A stretch of DNA of 64,000 nucleotides from Octopus sinensis (Eukaryota), in assembly GCF_006345805.1 (NCBI RefSeq), contig NC_043003.1, positions 46,376,001 to 46,440,000 of the forward strand, in the 5' to 3' direction. A program made the translations under genes and the position numbers. The notes under the pieces are model-generated. The model was not told where the DNA came from, searched no databases, and saw only the letters and a list, made by a program, of their open reading frames with translations. Of this stretch, positions 1-14,782 are shown in pieces; position 1 is the first letter of the stretch; the number at the start of each line of letters is the position of its first letter.

Positions 1-1304
1 TTTACCAGCGTCTGGCAATTAAAGTCACATGTAACTCATGGAACAGATGAATGAGGAGCAATAATGTCTAACACCCACTTATCACTTAGCCATCGAAATT
101 TAGAGCTCTATCCGGAGTACCAGAATACCCTACATCTTCATATACTCGCAAACACATATAAGCACGATAACAATAAAAACAAATACAGACAAGAAGAAGA
201 AGAAGAAGAAGAAGTCGACGATGATGATGATGATGATGATGATGATGTATGTCTATATATATGCATACATTAGTACTGTATATATTTTATACATATGTAC
301 GTCGTTCTTTATTTTTAGATCCATTCTTTATATCTCCTTTCTCTATCAATTATTGTGCGTCGCAAATAATCTTTGTCGTACGTATTATGCAACAGTTCAT
401 CTAAAATTAGTTACGCTGTAACGTGCAACGATATTCATAAAACTCTGAGCCGTCATATTCCCTTTTGTATAAAAGTCAACTTTACAGAAATTTTGGTTTA
501 GAATATTTCTGCCGAGCCATCATAAAAGAGTAGAGAAACGTGAATGGCAATAACATCAATCTGCAGGTGAAATTGAAGAACAAAACACGCACAAACCAGC
601 CTTCACGACGCCTTCATTGTAAAGAAGAACTGCATCAGTCAACATAGCCTTCCAGCTAATTTAAATAGAGATTACTTTTTGCTGACGCAGATCATTACAA
701 TTTTTCTCTGATTCTTCTGTTTTACTAAACAGAAATTTAGTGTGTTTTATAAATTGTTAATTTGTATTTCTAATGAGAATTGCTATTTATTTTGGTTTAT
801 CAATTAACCCTTTAAGACCTGAATTATTTCATTATACAGAAAAAGAGTTGTCATGCTTTAAAATAGTTCATGCAGTGAATTAATAATGCCAACATAATCG
901 AATCACGTGCAAAATTATACGGAGTAGACTCAGAAGTTTGGTAACAATTAGCGTTTCGAGTGTAACCAGTACAAATTTTCACGCAACACATCAAACTGCA
1001 AGTGACCCAAAAGACATGAATTCTTACGAATCTTATTTACGGATAGCTTTATTAAAGATGTTTACAATACTCATTAAATATATTGCACAGATCAAGAACC
1101 ACGGGACGAAAGAATATAATAGACTAGTGCTTCTGAAACATTTCCTTTTTTCTATGGACCCCTCTGATTCCGGCTTTACTCGAATGGATCCCCACAGCCG
1201 TATGATGTTCAAAAATTTATATCTTATTTGTATAATTGAATATTATCACAAATTGAATAAGAAAACTGTTAAAATATTTTGTGTATAGTAGAAGTATAAA
1301 TATA

Positions 1305-1546
1305 AAGGCGGCAATCTGGCAGAAACGTTAGCACGTCGGACGAAATACTTAGTGGTATTTCGTCTGCCGTTACGTTCTGCGTACAAATTCCGCCGAGGTG
1401 GACTTTGCCTTTCATGCCTTTCGGGGTCGATAAATTAAGTACCAGTTACGCACTGGGGTCGATCTAATCGACTTTGTCAGTCATTGTTTGTCTGTCCTTG
1501 TTTGTTCCCTCTATGTTTAGCTCCTTGTGGGCAATAAAGAAATAAG
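1305..1546 (+). mobile_element. tRNA-type SINE, family A (AAGGCGGCGAGCTGGCAGAA head; CCTTTCGGGGTCGATAAATTAAGTACCAG core), full length
   Basis: Near-identical head and core recur at 16178-16399, 20100-20315, 23450-24260, 35740-35945 and 37425-37560. Confidence 0.85.
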
Positions 1547-1555
1547 AAGTATAAC

Positions 1556-1637
1556 CTATTTATTGCAGATAAATTTTACGACTAAAATCTTATATGGATC
1601 TCCCAAGGGTCTTATGGACACCAGTTGAGAACTGCTG
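1556..1637 (-). mobile_element. End fragment of a hAT-like MITE
   Basis: Reverse complement (cagcagttctcaactggtgtccataagacccttgggagatccatataagatttt) aligns with the left end of the element at 5216-5426. Confidence 0.45.
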
Positions 1638-2037
1638 TAAAAGACTATATGCTTCTGTCACACATATAGTAACATTGCGTTAGTATCCAGCATCATTTAT
1701 ATACAACATTATAGGCTAGAAAGAAGTAAAACTTTTTAACATGTCAGGTTAATATTGTCAATATAATTAAGTAAAATGCTGAACGTCGGTTGTGAAAATT
1801 ACTCTTTTTATTTCAGGACTGTTTTTGACAAAATTTTCGACAAGCAGCATAAGGTTTCTTTTTACAAAACACAGTTCTTGTTTCTTTTTACAAAACACAT
1901 TTGCTGCTCTTTTCTACCTGTAATCAACGCAAGTGCCACTCACCATCATACTAGCTACATGTACGGAAACTCTCAGTGCTGTTTGTGAGTGTTCCATATT
2001 CGCATAATATATTAAATATTATAAATATGTGTATATA

Positions 2038-2079
<42 letters not shown>

Positions 2080-2128
2080 TATATATATATACAAATATAT
2101 ATACATATATATATTTATATAATTGACA

Positions 2129-2640
2129 TTTACAGAAAAACAAAAGACGAAGACAGGTGTATGAACAACAAGTAAGTGTATTAGTTTCACGCTCGGGAAG
2201 TGAGAAAGTTTTTTTTACGTTTCGAGCCTACGCTCTTCAACAGAAAGAATAAGAGAAAATAGAGAGAGAGAGAAAGAGAGAGAGAGAGAATTAAAAAACT
2301 TGTGAATTTCGCTATCAAGCATGGCGACTAGTTGAGAAAAAATGGTTTGACAAGTGAGGTAGGAAGAAGGGGAGATAATAAAGTATTCGTGGTCCCAAAG
2401 CGAACATGGCGTGCGTGTGTGTGGGTGAGAACGTGTAAGTTTGTGTGAGTGTGTGCGCGTCTGTAATGTGTGGTGTGCGGATGGGGGTGTACGGGTGAAT
2501 AGATGATGGTGTGTGGTGTGGATGCTGGAAAGTGCTCCACCAATCCGACGGCCAAGTGGCGTCCCGTTTGGACGATGTACATAGAAGGGCAGAAAAAGCA
2601 GGAAATGCATTAAATGAGGTTCCTAGAAGTGTAGGTAAAG
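2129..2640 (-). mobile_element. Penelope-like retroelement remnant: degenerate GIY-YIG endonuclease fragment plus 3' pseudo-LTR
   Basis: Minus 2639-2529 translates [36 protein letters not shown], matching the PLE GIY-YIG pattern (FTCTSxNLIYCIxCxxC..YIGQTGRRLxxRFxEH). The downstream tail is homologous to 29905-30245 and 14020-14105. Confidence 0.7.
2210..2249 (-). ncRNA. Minimal type-I hammerhead-ribozyme-like motif (one core substitution)
   Basis: RNA sense UUCUUU-CUGUUGA-A-GAGC-GUAG-GCUC-GAAA-C-GUA-AAA. The core is CUGUUGA rather than CUGAUGA, stem II is 4 bp, stem III is palindromic ACGU. It lies in a Penelope-like 3' region. Confidence 0.45.
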
Positions 2641-2777
2641 GAGTCGGTGATATAATAGAGACAATGATGGTTGTCTGTGAGAATGGTATTGTAGAGGCAA
2701 GGGCAAGTGCGTCAGCATGGGCGGGAGCAGAGGAATGCATACATACAAGAATATACACGCACACGCACATGCACATT

Positions 2778-3144
<367 letters not shown>

Positions 3145-3699
3145 CTGTAATGAAATTTTTAATGAAACTACAAAAGACATACGCAAACAACTAACAATTG
3201 ATAACATTATTGAATCCGTATTTCCTTTGCCGATAAGAATTAAGCATAAAAAGAAATACTGAAGAACCATCCAACTTGTATATCTTCGTTTGATTAAGAT
3301 AGTTCGAGGTTTTCTATCTTCTTGGATGACTCAACAAAGGTGACACGGATGAACAAAATAAATTCGGTTCAATAATTGATGAAATTTTCTGAGCGGTTTT
3401 CTTAATAAAGTATTCACTAACTATATTTCAATGCATGTAACAGGGAACGACTTACGCTATGCGTTCGTTGAGTTAACAAAAGAATTCTTCGTATTCATTG
3501 AAGAATTTCTCGGTATTTGTGGTTTGCCTGAGATCCTCTGAAAGAATATTTATATAGTTATTTTATTAAGCGCATTAATAAAAAAAATTGTATGTAAAGG
3601 AAACTATAATGCTATGTAAGATACTACCTGACGTGATAAACAGCCGTATGCAAGTATGAAAGTACGTAAGTATTCTCCACTAACGGAAAAAGTATTTGG

Positions 3700-4500
3700 T
3701 GAGTTGAAAATGAAAACATATAGATGTCTGAAAGCAATTCTACTCGAAAGGCAGGCCGAGTCGCTTGGTTTTAACGAATTCTTGATAATTATTCAGTCCA
3801 ACCCCAAAGTTCCCAATTATACATGCACTCAGTATTGGATAATAATGCTCGCAGCCTTATAAATGGTTACCAGGCTCAAATGGAGTTTATTTTTTTCTTC
3901 TTTGGACAAAATCTTCTCTAGATCTTCTACTCGTTTAATTCAACAAAGATACAACAAACAGCTAAAATATCTTCAACATATAAACCAAAGAGGGCTGAAA
4001 TTACTAAACAAATGTTTAAAGATAAGAAGGATAAAGATTTATTTGATATTATCTCTGAGAATTTAGAAAGGAAAGCAGGCACGTCGTCTCTGCTTTCTGT
4101 GTCAGAATGTCTTTACTATGGAAAATATAGACCCTCAAGAAAAATTTAAATAAGAAATTAGGAAAGGTACATTCACATTGTGAGCTCTACAAGTTACAGA
4201 CAACCGTATTCTAAGACCGAATATGCAATAATCTCTTCTATTCATATGGGCTTTGCTCAGACAAATTACATTCACAGCTGGAGACATTGCTGTTAAAGGT
4301 GATCAACAAAGAGAACACATTATTAGAAATCAATTTTATGGAGGGAAGATATAATGTCGTTGACATTGACTCTTCGCTAAAACCGCCAGCATTTGAAGTT
4401 TCTCTGAGAAAGAGATGTCTGCTGTCTGGCCGCTGCTAGACACCTACTATCAAAAATTTGAAAATGAGCCAACTTTTGATGGTAGTTCTTACAACACCTA
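3700..4500 (+). mobile_element. Possible very old RTE-type LINE remnant
   Basis: Fragmentary peptides KTYRCLKAILL..AESL and QRYNKQLKYLQHINQRGLKLLNKCLKI loosely resemble the RTE C-terminal region; many stops. Confidence 0.3.
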
Positions 4501-5215
4501 CCACAATTCAAGGAACACTTTGTTGTTTTGTTCTTTTTGGCATTTTTTTTTTCAAGTAAAACGATCAAGACATGTCTTCAGTTAGGAATGACTCGAGAGC
4601 GATTAAATTCTCAGTTATATTTCCATATTACAATGAACAGATAAACAAAATAAATTTGATTGCAGTTATAGAGGAATGACAATAAACGAAATATTTCGGT
4701 ATTTTCTGATTGATTTGATGACAAATTGAGTAGAACAATAAACCTGTTCAATTACTACGGTTTTTGCACTTTTTCATCGTATAAATAATATTTTACAAGA
4801 GGTATGTTATATACTGTCATCAAAATTTCCAAATCTTCCACTCGCAAAATACATCAGGCTACAGGGGAAGACAAAATTTCTGGAGCTTCTGATACTTATA
4901 TAACTTCAGAATGGTGGAGAATTAGCAGAACACCTTGTGCTCACTGCATTGCATCTCGGGCAAGTGTACTGTTACCATAGCTTTGGGTTGGTCCAAGTCA
5001 TCTGAGCTAAACTTGGTACAGGGAAATTATACGAAATCCCATTTGAGGGACTATACCTGTAACTGAAATATCTACGATTGTCAAACACTGTGTCAGTCTG
5101 GATCCACTTCGGAATTACTTTTAGGGAACAAGGGTATGTGGAATGTTCAGTCACTTAAATGTGCTGATTTAACGCACTACAGTTGATCTAACAACCGAAT
5201 AACCATCGTCTCAAC

Positions 5216-5426
5216 CAGCAGTTTTGAGCCGGGGTCCTTATGACCTTTGGAGATCCGTAGAAGATTTTGTACTTAAAATTTCTCTGCAATAAATTTGTTA
5301 TAATTCTACAATGCACAAAATATTTCAACACATTTTTTATACAATTCCTAATAATACTTAATTATAAATAAATATAATTGAATTTTTGAGGGTCCACCTG
5401 CAGACAAAAATTAGGTGAGAACCTTG
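5216..5426. mobile_element. hAT-like MITE (degenerate CAGnnGTTCTCAACC-type TIRs)
   Basis: Left end cagcagttttgagcc, right end ggtgagaaccttg; homologous to 1556-1637. No 8-bp TSD is recognisable. Confidence 0.45.
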
Positions 5427-5564
5427 ACTTAAATTATCTATTAATTAATTAATTTATTTATTTATTTCAGGGTCGATAAATTAAGTACCAGTGAAACACT
5501 AGAATCGATGTAATCGACATATTCTCTCCTCCAAAATGGCTACCCTTGTTGAAAAATTTTAAGC

Positions 5565-5565
<1 letters not shown>

Positions 5566-5627
<62 letters not shown>

Positions 5628-5791
5628 CATTATTATCATTATTATCATTATTATTATCATCATTATTATTATTATTATTATTATTATCATTATTATTATT
5701 ATTATCATTATTATTATTATTATCATGATTATTATTATTATTATCATTATTATTATTGTTATTATCATTATTATTATTATTATTATTATTA
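5566..5791. repeat. (ATT)n/(ATC)n trinucleotide microsatellite
   Basis: Directly visible; explains poly-N/poly-L/poly-I ORFs. Confidence 0.95.
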
Positions 5792-5910
5792 TATACATAC
5801 ATATATATCGTATTTTCTTTTCTTAATTGCATACAAAGGTAGATCTTAGTATTTTTATGAGTGTGTGTGTGTGCGTGTGTGTGTGTGTGTGTTGTGTGTG
5901 TGTGTGTGTG

Positions 5911-5943
<33 letters not shown>

Positions 5944-6439
5944 GTGTGTGTGTGTGTGTACGCGTGCGTGTGTCTTCATTGCTTTGCATACACAACTTGT
6001 TATTTTTCATTGCATGCAGTACCTTATACATATAATGAATATAGCATACATGCAAACAGAGCTGGAGAGCTGAGTTACTTCAATAGTGGAAACATCTTTT
6101 TACATAGCATTTTAATTGCCACTGAATCCGGAAGTGATATCAGAAATCCAAATTGGTCAAATTGATGCGGGATATCATAAAGAAGGGAAGTAATAAACAG
6201 AATGAAAGACGATAAACCTCGCCCACCCTCACTTCCGAAACAGATATCATCACTATTAAACTACAAAATGCTGGATGAAAGTATGTAGTTAATATGTTAC
6301 ACGTAATATTTAACATTGCATGGAAAATAGGAAAAATCCAAAAGATGGGGACCCGGATGCAGATAACACTGATATATTAAATGAGAAGTGATTTGTCACT
6401 ACATCAACATGTATTTAACTAGATCCGAAAAAATACAAT

Positions 6440-7660
6440 GAAAACTTAAACTGAGAGGTGATGCAGGAGCCAATTCAGTTTTAGACCCGGTAGAAGTGAA
6501 GATGATGCTTTTACAGTCAAACAGAACGTCAAAAATACAAAAGAACTTCTAATACCCTTACAATTCAGCTTTAAAGGTGACTTTAATATGATGTGGAAAG
6601 AAGCTCTATAGAAGAAGAAAGCAGCTATAGAGGAAATCCCTAAGGTAGTGAGGATAATAGAAGCGTTATATAAAAATACGGATCGAACTGTTGTCATAAA
6701 CGATTAGCTAACGAATTACTTTAAAATACGCCTGGGTCTTAGTCAAGGTGGAATGTTAACACATACTCTATTCAGCTCTTCCTAGAATTTAGCATGTGTG
6801 AATACAAAACTTGGATAAAGATCTTGAAATTAATGCTATTCTCTCAGATTGAGTAAAAAGGGAGAGTATGGTGCGAAATGCAAAAGCCTTCAGTTAGGAA
6901 AGAAATTATTAGATTGAATATTTCTGAAATAAGATATTTTGCAGCGTTTCGAGAGACCCATAGAATAACTACCAGGCTTTTAAAAAATGAAAATAAATGT
7001 ACTGTGATCGATTCATTCGACAAAGGAAATTCTTCAAGGTGATGACCCAGCACGACCGCAGTCTAATGACTGAAATATGTAAGGAATAGAACCAAAGAGA
7101 CTAGAATTGAACCAAATGAATCTGAGAGTGAGAAGATAGATAGCACAGTTATCTACAGCATTTGAAAAAATTAAGATAACCTAGAACAGGCTGAATATCA
7201 GCCACTGACTGTACAACACATACATTCGCATTATCGCAGCCTTACGCATCGAAGACGTTATTACTAGCAAATTAAGATACATGCAACTAATAAGGTTTTT
7301 GAACTGTGGTGCTTGCGGTATATACTGAAGGTTTCATTATGATAGAGATATAGAAAAAACTTTCATAAGATAATATATTCTCATGACATACATTATTACC
7401 GAGTTAGTAAGAGAGAAGAGACTAATATAGGTCGGCTTTGTAGTACGGAGACCAAACACAACTAAATAACAGTGGCGTCCTGCCAAGACTTCCCAAACGC
7501 CGAGTTACGTGGTAGACCGCCAAAGATGTGAAACACTAAGATCCGTGAAAGCACAGTAATACTAAGATTACTTCATGTACAGCATCTAACCGAACAGGAT
7601 GATGGTGATTCAGCTGGCAGGAGAGAATGAGGGACTGGAAAAGACTACGCAACTAGTAAC
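6440..7660 (+). mobile_element. Degenerate RTE-clade LINE (reverse transcriptase and C-terminal remnant)
   Basis: Peptide fragments QFSFRPGRS, VRIIEALYKNTDRTVVIND*LTNYFKIRLGLSQGGMLTHTLF, KVFELWCLRYILKVS and RGRPPK appear in RTE ORF order, with stops and frameshifts. Confidence 0.7.
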
Positions 7661-9269
7661 TGGTACGTGTATATTAATTACTGGTGGTATATTATGTCTC
7701 GTCTGCTAAACAAAATGCTGTGTGCCTAACGGCAACTAATATGTACTTACATGTGGCCAGATATGAGTTTAATATGTAAATTGGTTTTGTGTATCCGTTA
7801 TTGTTACACCGCTAAACGTTGTAGCTATCTAAGTAATGTGTTCATAGATGGTTAATGGGCTAGATGTGGTGAGAGGAAGGGTAATAACTCCTGATATTCA
7901 TATACATCCATCACCTATTTTTGTATGTATCTTCAGTCACAGTGTTGCCCTAAATATTGTTCAGTTTTTTTTTGGTTTTTTTTTTTTGTATATGTCTAAG
8001 TATCTAGTCAATTGCATTCGAGTTAGAACAGCTGCTGTGCAGACGACGCCTGGCGAGGCAAAAAAAAACATTCGCTACCAGCTGTTCTCTTTCCTCCAAA
8101 TGACTAAGCTACCTTATCCTTAATGTCATTTAAATTCTATGGAAACCAAGGAAGGGAGAGTTCGAGAAGATGAAATAGCCAGCATTTTCATACGAAGAAT
8201 ACACTCAGGTACCGGTAGCTAGGTAAACAGGATGAAGAGATGAACTAGTGAAGGAGGAAGAGATAGGCTGATTAAGCTGTGGAATACAGAATTTTGATGC
8301 TGCAATCGTTTTAGAAAAGTAACATGATAAATTCAAAAATAGAGAGGTATTGCAATGAGAGAATAAAAGAGAGAAAAATAAAGACAAAAGAGAGAGAAAG
8401 AAAGAAACAAAGACGGAAGGAAGGAAAGAACGAAGGAAGGAAAGAACGAATGAACGAACGGAAGAGCACAAGAAGCAACTTGAATATAACAAGTGTAGGT
8501 GTGAGAAGCTGAGAAACGAGAGAAAAAGAGAATACAAATTTTGCTAGAGAAGAAAAAAGAGAGGAAGCTTCTATGTATAGATATGGGAAGGAGGAGACAA
8601 TAGAATGAAATGTGTGTATGAGCATGAATAATGGAGAGTAAGAAAAGCAGTGCGTAAGGATAAGAAAGTGAAGAGGAGCTTTTTAAATGTAGAAGACAAA
8701 ATCACAGGGCCAATAGACAACGAAACCGTAGGTCATGCAGGTCCAATTACAGAAATAAGGCGGAGATTGTTACAGGTAGTCGAAGCTGATTGTGAATTGG
8801 AGAGAATTGCTGCGAAACCACAGTTAGAAGCATAAGAATGAAATGGAGGTTTACTGAAAGAAAAGAAAATAAACATTTTCATTTTTGACGGGTGCTACAC
8901 TAATATATAAGCATATGTGTGAGTACACATGCATATACACGCAAACATATGCATGCACACAGATACACTTATATATATAAATACTTATATGTGTGTATAT
9001 GCACAAACACACATACACACACATGAACACACACACGCATTTTCACACACATATACACAAAAATAAATATATATATATATACACGCACAGACACACATAT
9101 GCATACATAATATATTTCTATTGTAACTGAGTGCTAAGTATATCTCAGCATTTATTTGGGTATTCTTATTGATATAGACATACGAACGCGTGCTGCAAGC
9201 ATGTGTGTTTGCGTGTATATATATATATATATATATATGTATAAAAATATACATCTATCTATATCTATC

Positions 9270-9304
<35 letters not shown>

Positions 9305-9466
9305 GGAGAGAGAAAGAGAAACAGAGAGAGAGAGAGATAGTTAGCAATTGTAGTAACCGACTAAAGGATAAAATATCTGTACATACTATCAGTATTAATT
9401 GCATTGATATATATATCTATCTATCTATATATATATATACATATATATATATAGACAGATAGACAT

Positions 9467-9519
<53 letters not shown>

Positions 9520-10508
9520 CAGACAGATAGAGAGATAGATAGATACATACATACATACATACATATATGCATACATACATACATATTTGTGTGTGTATAT
9601 ATGTGCGCGTGTGCGTGTGGTGTGTATAAGTAGGTATATGGTGCATGCATGTAGATTTTAGTATATGCATGTACATATACACAAAGGTAGTTATGCAGTT
9701 ATATATTCAAACACAGACTAAAATGTTTATGGTTTTTATGTACGTGTTTACATGTGTATGTGTATATATATGGGAATCGTTGTACGAGTGTGTGTATATA
9801 TATGGGAATCGTTGTACGAGTGTGTGTGTGTGTGTGCGTGAGGGGGGGGCGGTATTTGTATGTGTGTGTGTTTTTATGTTCGCATTGATGAAAGTTACTG
9901 AAGTCAAGATAAAAGCATGAATGAAATTTAATTAAAAGAATTGAAAATATAAAATACAAGCCAAAGTAACATTTTCACCGTGTTATCAAAATGTTTTTAT
10001 TTATTTATGAGGTGTTAAGGAAACAATAACGATGTATGCAGCTTTCCTGTCTTCCTGCACACACACGGAATAATCTAGTCAGACCCCGATCTTCCCTCCT
10101 GTGTCCAACATTATTTGATTAATATTTGCAAATGCAGTAGTCACGCTTTGCTGACTTTAACCCAGGGTCCCGGGCGGAAGAGAAAATTTACGAGCATTTA
10201 GTTTAATTTCACAAAAATAGTGTATTTATTATGTATATAAATACACAACGATGCGTACAGGCATAGTGACATAGTGACGCAGCACCCTTCTCTCCCTCTC
10301 TTTTTCTCTCTTCCTCTCTCTCTCTGTCTTACATACATACACCAAACACACACGCGCAAACACACACACACACACACATACACAGACATATATGTGAGGG
10401 TGTATGCGTATGTAGTGTGTTTGTGTATGTGTGTGTAAGCTTCAGTATGTACATCTTTGCTACACATTACATATGGATGAGTATACCTATGTATATATAT
10501 ACATACAC

Positions 10509-10591
<83 letters not shown>

Positions 10592-10661
10592 TGTATGTAT
10601 GTATGTATATTTATATATATATTTAGTGAGTGGGAGAGATTTGTACATACATATACATACA

Positions 10662-10713
<52 letters not shown>

Positions 10714-10841
10714 TCATGCACATGCATATATGTATATATATATATATATGTGTATACATATATATGTATGTATGTATACATGTGTATATATATGTTTATA
10801 TACATGTATATATATATTATATGTATAGATAGATAGATAGA

Positions 10842-10891
<50 letters not shown>

Positions 10892-11578
10892 CATATGCAA
10901 CACACCGTTAGTGGCCCTGTGTAAACACGTATATATTGGACATCCTAGTATTCTTTCGGCTTTTAAAGCGCATTTTTTAAATAGGCACCAATTTATTAAC
11001 ACCGAATCTCCACGCCTACCTCTGGAATACTTGTATTATTTTATGATGTTTAAGTGTGTTTATTATTTATTTCATTATTATAGAGAGTGGGAAGGAAAGA
11101 TGTAGTGTATCACACATTAGTATCGGTAAGAGGAAGACAGGGTACGTCAGTGTGCATAATTCTGTGTGAGTTCGTATCTTAAGCTAATACCGATCTTGTT
11201 GTTGTTATTTAGATTTTTTCACTTTTATTCTTTCTTTGTGCGCTCATTTCACGACAACGCACCATTTGTAACAATTAAAAATTTAAAAGTAGATAATAAA
11301 GATTATCGAATTCTCCTACCATGCACCCTAATTTACAATTTTGCTTTTCGAATTTTTTTTTTTTTATTAATTCATCCATTCATCTATTATTTTATTTCTT
11401 GTGTTTTGTCTACTTGTTTTCTTGTTTTAGGGGGGTTTCTTTTATATTCCCTGTCCGACAGTTCGGGTTTAGGCATGGAAGAAGAGCGTTGTGGTGGTAA
11501 AAAAAATACGGTTCTTTATTCAAAAATCAATTGTGAAAGATGCTACTTAAAATGCCTCCCCACCCAACACAAAGTTAA

Positions 11579-12006
<428 letters not shown>

Positions 12007-12972
12007 AAACGGAATTAAGTACAAGTAGCGCAATGCTTTATACAATAACATCAAGTACAACAGCTACAACAGTATTTCATCACCATAACAAATTACGATA
12101 AACTGATGAAACAATTGTAACTACAACCCCAACATCAAAGTCAGAAGAGAAATTAACACAACAACTGCATCAACAACATTAGCATCTAGAAGATATAACA
12201 AGAATGAAAACAAAGAAACGATTATAAGGAAAGAAGAGAAAAATAATAATAAAAAAATGGTAAACATAAAATTGTTTAAAAGTAAAAGTAAAAATAAACG
12301 TAAAGTGATAAATAAGAATAAAAACAAAACGATGAAGCTCATAAAAATATATTTAATTTAACTGAAGGTTTTTGTTTGTTTTTATTGTTTTGTGTGCTTT
12401 TGTTTTATGTTTTTTTTATTTTCACGTTAATTGGTTGCGACATTTGGACAATTTTTATAGCAGGCAATTTAAATAAACACCAACAATACTCAAACGTAAC
12501 AATGACAAATACAACAACAGCAGCAGTTAACAACTAAAGAAACATTAAGAACAAGAACAGATCTGGTAACATCGTTATACCGTCACCGCATCAATATATT
12601 CGCCACAACTATCGCCATTTTAACTAACTGCACCGCTACTGCAATTACCTCTAACACTTACTGACACCACTACTAACAATAGCGACAACATCAGCATCGA
12701 CAATAGCAATACAGAGAAGAACAATCACTATATCAGCAATTCAAACTAACACTACAGCCAGCCGCCACCAACCCGAATATCGCCCTTCCGACTCCATCTT
12801 TATCTGCGCACCGTTTCCGCCCACTGAAAGCTGCAAGCGTTAGATGTACAACCTCACATTTTTAACAATTGTCTGCAATTATCAATTTCGAAGAAAACAA
12901 AAGAATATAACAGCTTTTCCGCCCTTAAATAACAACAATAATAAGGGTAATAATTTCTAATATTGTTATTCC

Positions 12973-13009
<37 letters not shown>

Positions 13010-13013
13010 GTAC

Positions 13014-13083
<70 letters not shown>

Positions 13084-13096
13084 TAATAATAATAAT
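12973..13096. repeat. (ATT)n-GTAC-(ATA)n inverted microsatellite junction
   Basis: Repeat orientation flips across a GTAC centre at 13010-13013. Confidence 0.85.
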
Positions 13097-14188
13097 CGTG
13101 AATGTTGTTTTATGGGTTTTTTACATTATAACAATAGCTAAAATGCCTGAAATGGTGATTTAACGTCATACTACTGTTATTTTCGCTATTGGTATTATCA
13201 CAATAATAATCATCATTATTATCACAATTGCTCTCTTACTTCTTGTACTATCATTACATCGCGCTTTATTTTATTATCATTAATATTTTTTGTTTTTGTT
13301 TTTTTTTTTTGTTTCTTTTCTTCAAATTTTAACGTTCGTTGAAAATGGTGCAATTTATACGAATTTTCTCTTAAAACTAACAAGAAAATCAAAAATATTT
13401 TTTACGAAACGCAAAAGGAAAAAAAAAGGGTGGAATTAATGATGTATATATTTTCGTGAGAAAGGAAGAGGTAGTTGTGATGATGGTGGAATGGGAGGCA
13501 TAATATTGTCAAAAAATGGTAATCCTTATTTCTCAAACAATTATCAAGAAAATTAAGCTCTTCTTAACATGTTGAGGTTGCTAACAACTTCATGTCTGGA
13601 TAATGAGAAAGTTTGAAATAAGTTAATAAAACTCAAGTCCACCTAGCGGCATTTGAACAACACTGTATATCTATAGACGATATTTTAGTATTAAAATACA
13701 TTTCAGTAGTAGTAGTAGAGGTTGTTGTTGTTGGTGGTGGTGGTGGTGGTGGTGGTGGCGGCGGCGGCGGTGGTGTTATCCCTCGGTTTGCCATGGGCCT
13801 CATCGAGCAGGTCTATGATCGCTGATCATATGTTTACTGTAAATGAACATCCATTCTTTTTCAACAAACACGACAGTCCATGTTCACAAACTTCCTTGTG
13901 GAGGGGGATTTGATTGTTATATCTGTCTAAACATCTCTTTGTTGGCGCGATATTTCAGTAGAACCATTTACGTTTTAACATTGCGCGCGCACAGGCACAC
14001 GCGCAAAAGACGCACTTTGTACTTGGTTATATTCTTCCCGAGTGTTAACCTGCTACACGAAGATGTTCCTTCATCTGTCTTCGTCTTTTGTTTTCTCTAA
14101 ATTTGTACTATATATATATATATATTCATATTTACATATATATATATATATATATGCATTCATATTTACATTTATATTTATATATATA

Positions 14189-14502
14189 GGCGCATGGCTC
14201 AGTGGTTAAATCGACGAACTTACGACCGTGAGGTTGGGAGTTCGAATCCCTGATCGGGCTGCGTGTTGTATTCTTGAGCAAGACACTTTATTTCACGTTG
14301 CTCCAGTTCACTCACCTGTATAAATGAGTTATGACATCACTAGTGCCAAGATGTTTCGGCCTTTGCCTTTTTCCCTTGGATGACATCGTTGGCGTGGAGA
14401 GGGGAGGCTGGTATGCATGGACGACTGCTGGTCTTCCATAAACAACCTTGACCGGACTTGTGGCTCGGAGGGGCATAAGTCATTCGTGACCGAAGGGTGT
14501 CT
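14189..14502 (+). mobile_element. tRNA-derived SINE, family D
   Basis: A-box TGGCTCAGTGG and B-box GTTCGAATCC; central TTGAGCAAGACACTTTATTTCACGTTGCTCCAGT block shared with 28127-28406, 29370-29423 and 63863-64000. Confidence 0.8.
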
Positions 14503-14739
14503 CCGAAATATGCATATATGTATGTATGTTAATTGTTGTGGTGGGTCATAGTGTGATGATTAGTTTCGTACCTATAAAGCGTTTGGCCCTATAAGCGACT
14601 ATGAACAACCGTAACAATTCCCTTCATATTACCCCTCTTGCTTCTTTCTCGGATATATGAACTACTGACTATATATATATATATATAAAATATTAGAAAT
14701 AAAACACCTTTTATCAATGGATTTTATTCCCTCAAATAA

Positions 14740-14782
<43 letters not shown>

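Noticed and set aside
8650-8835. 61-aa plus-strand ORF that reads protein-like (…GPITEIRRRLLQVVEADCELERIAAKPQLEA)
   Set aside because: Starts at GTG, has weak splice context and no recognisable family; the opposite strand has the better splice signal.
14189-14265. tRNA-like sequences (also 29270-29335 and 44503-44565)
   Set aside because: These are SINE heads: A/B boxes are present but they continue into repeat bodies, lack a clean cloverleaf and have no poly-T terminator.
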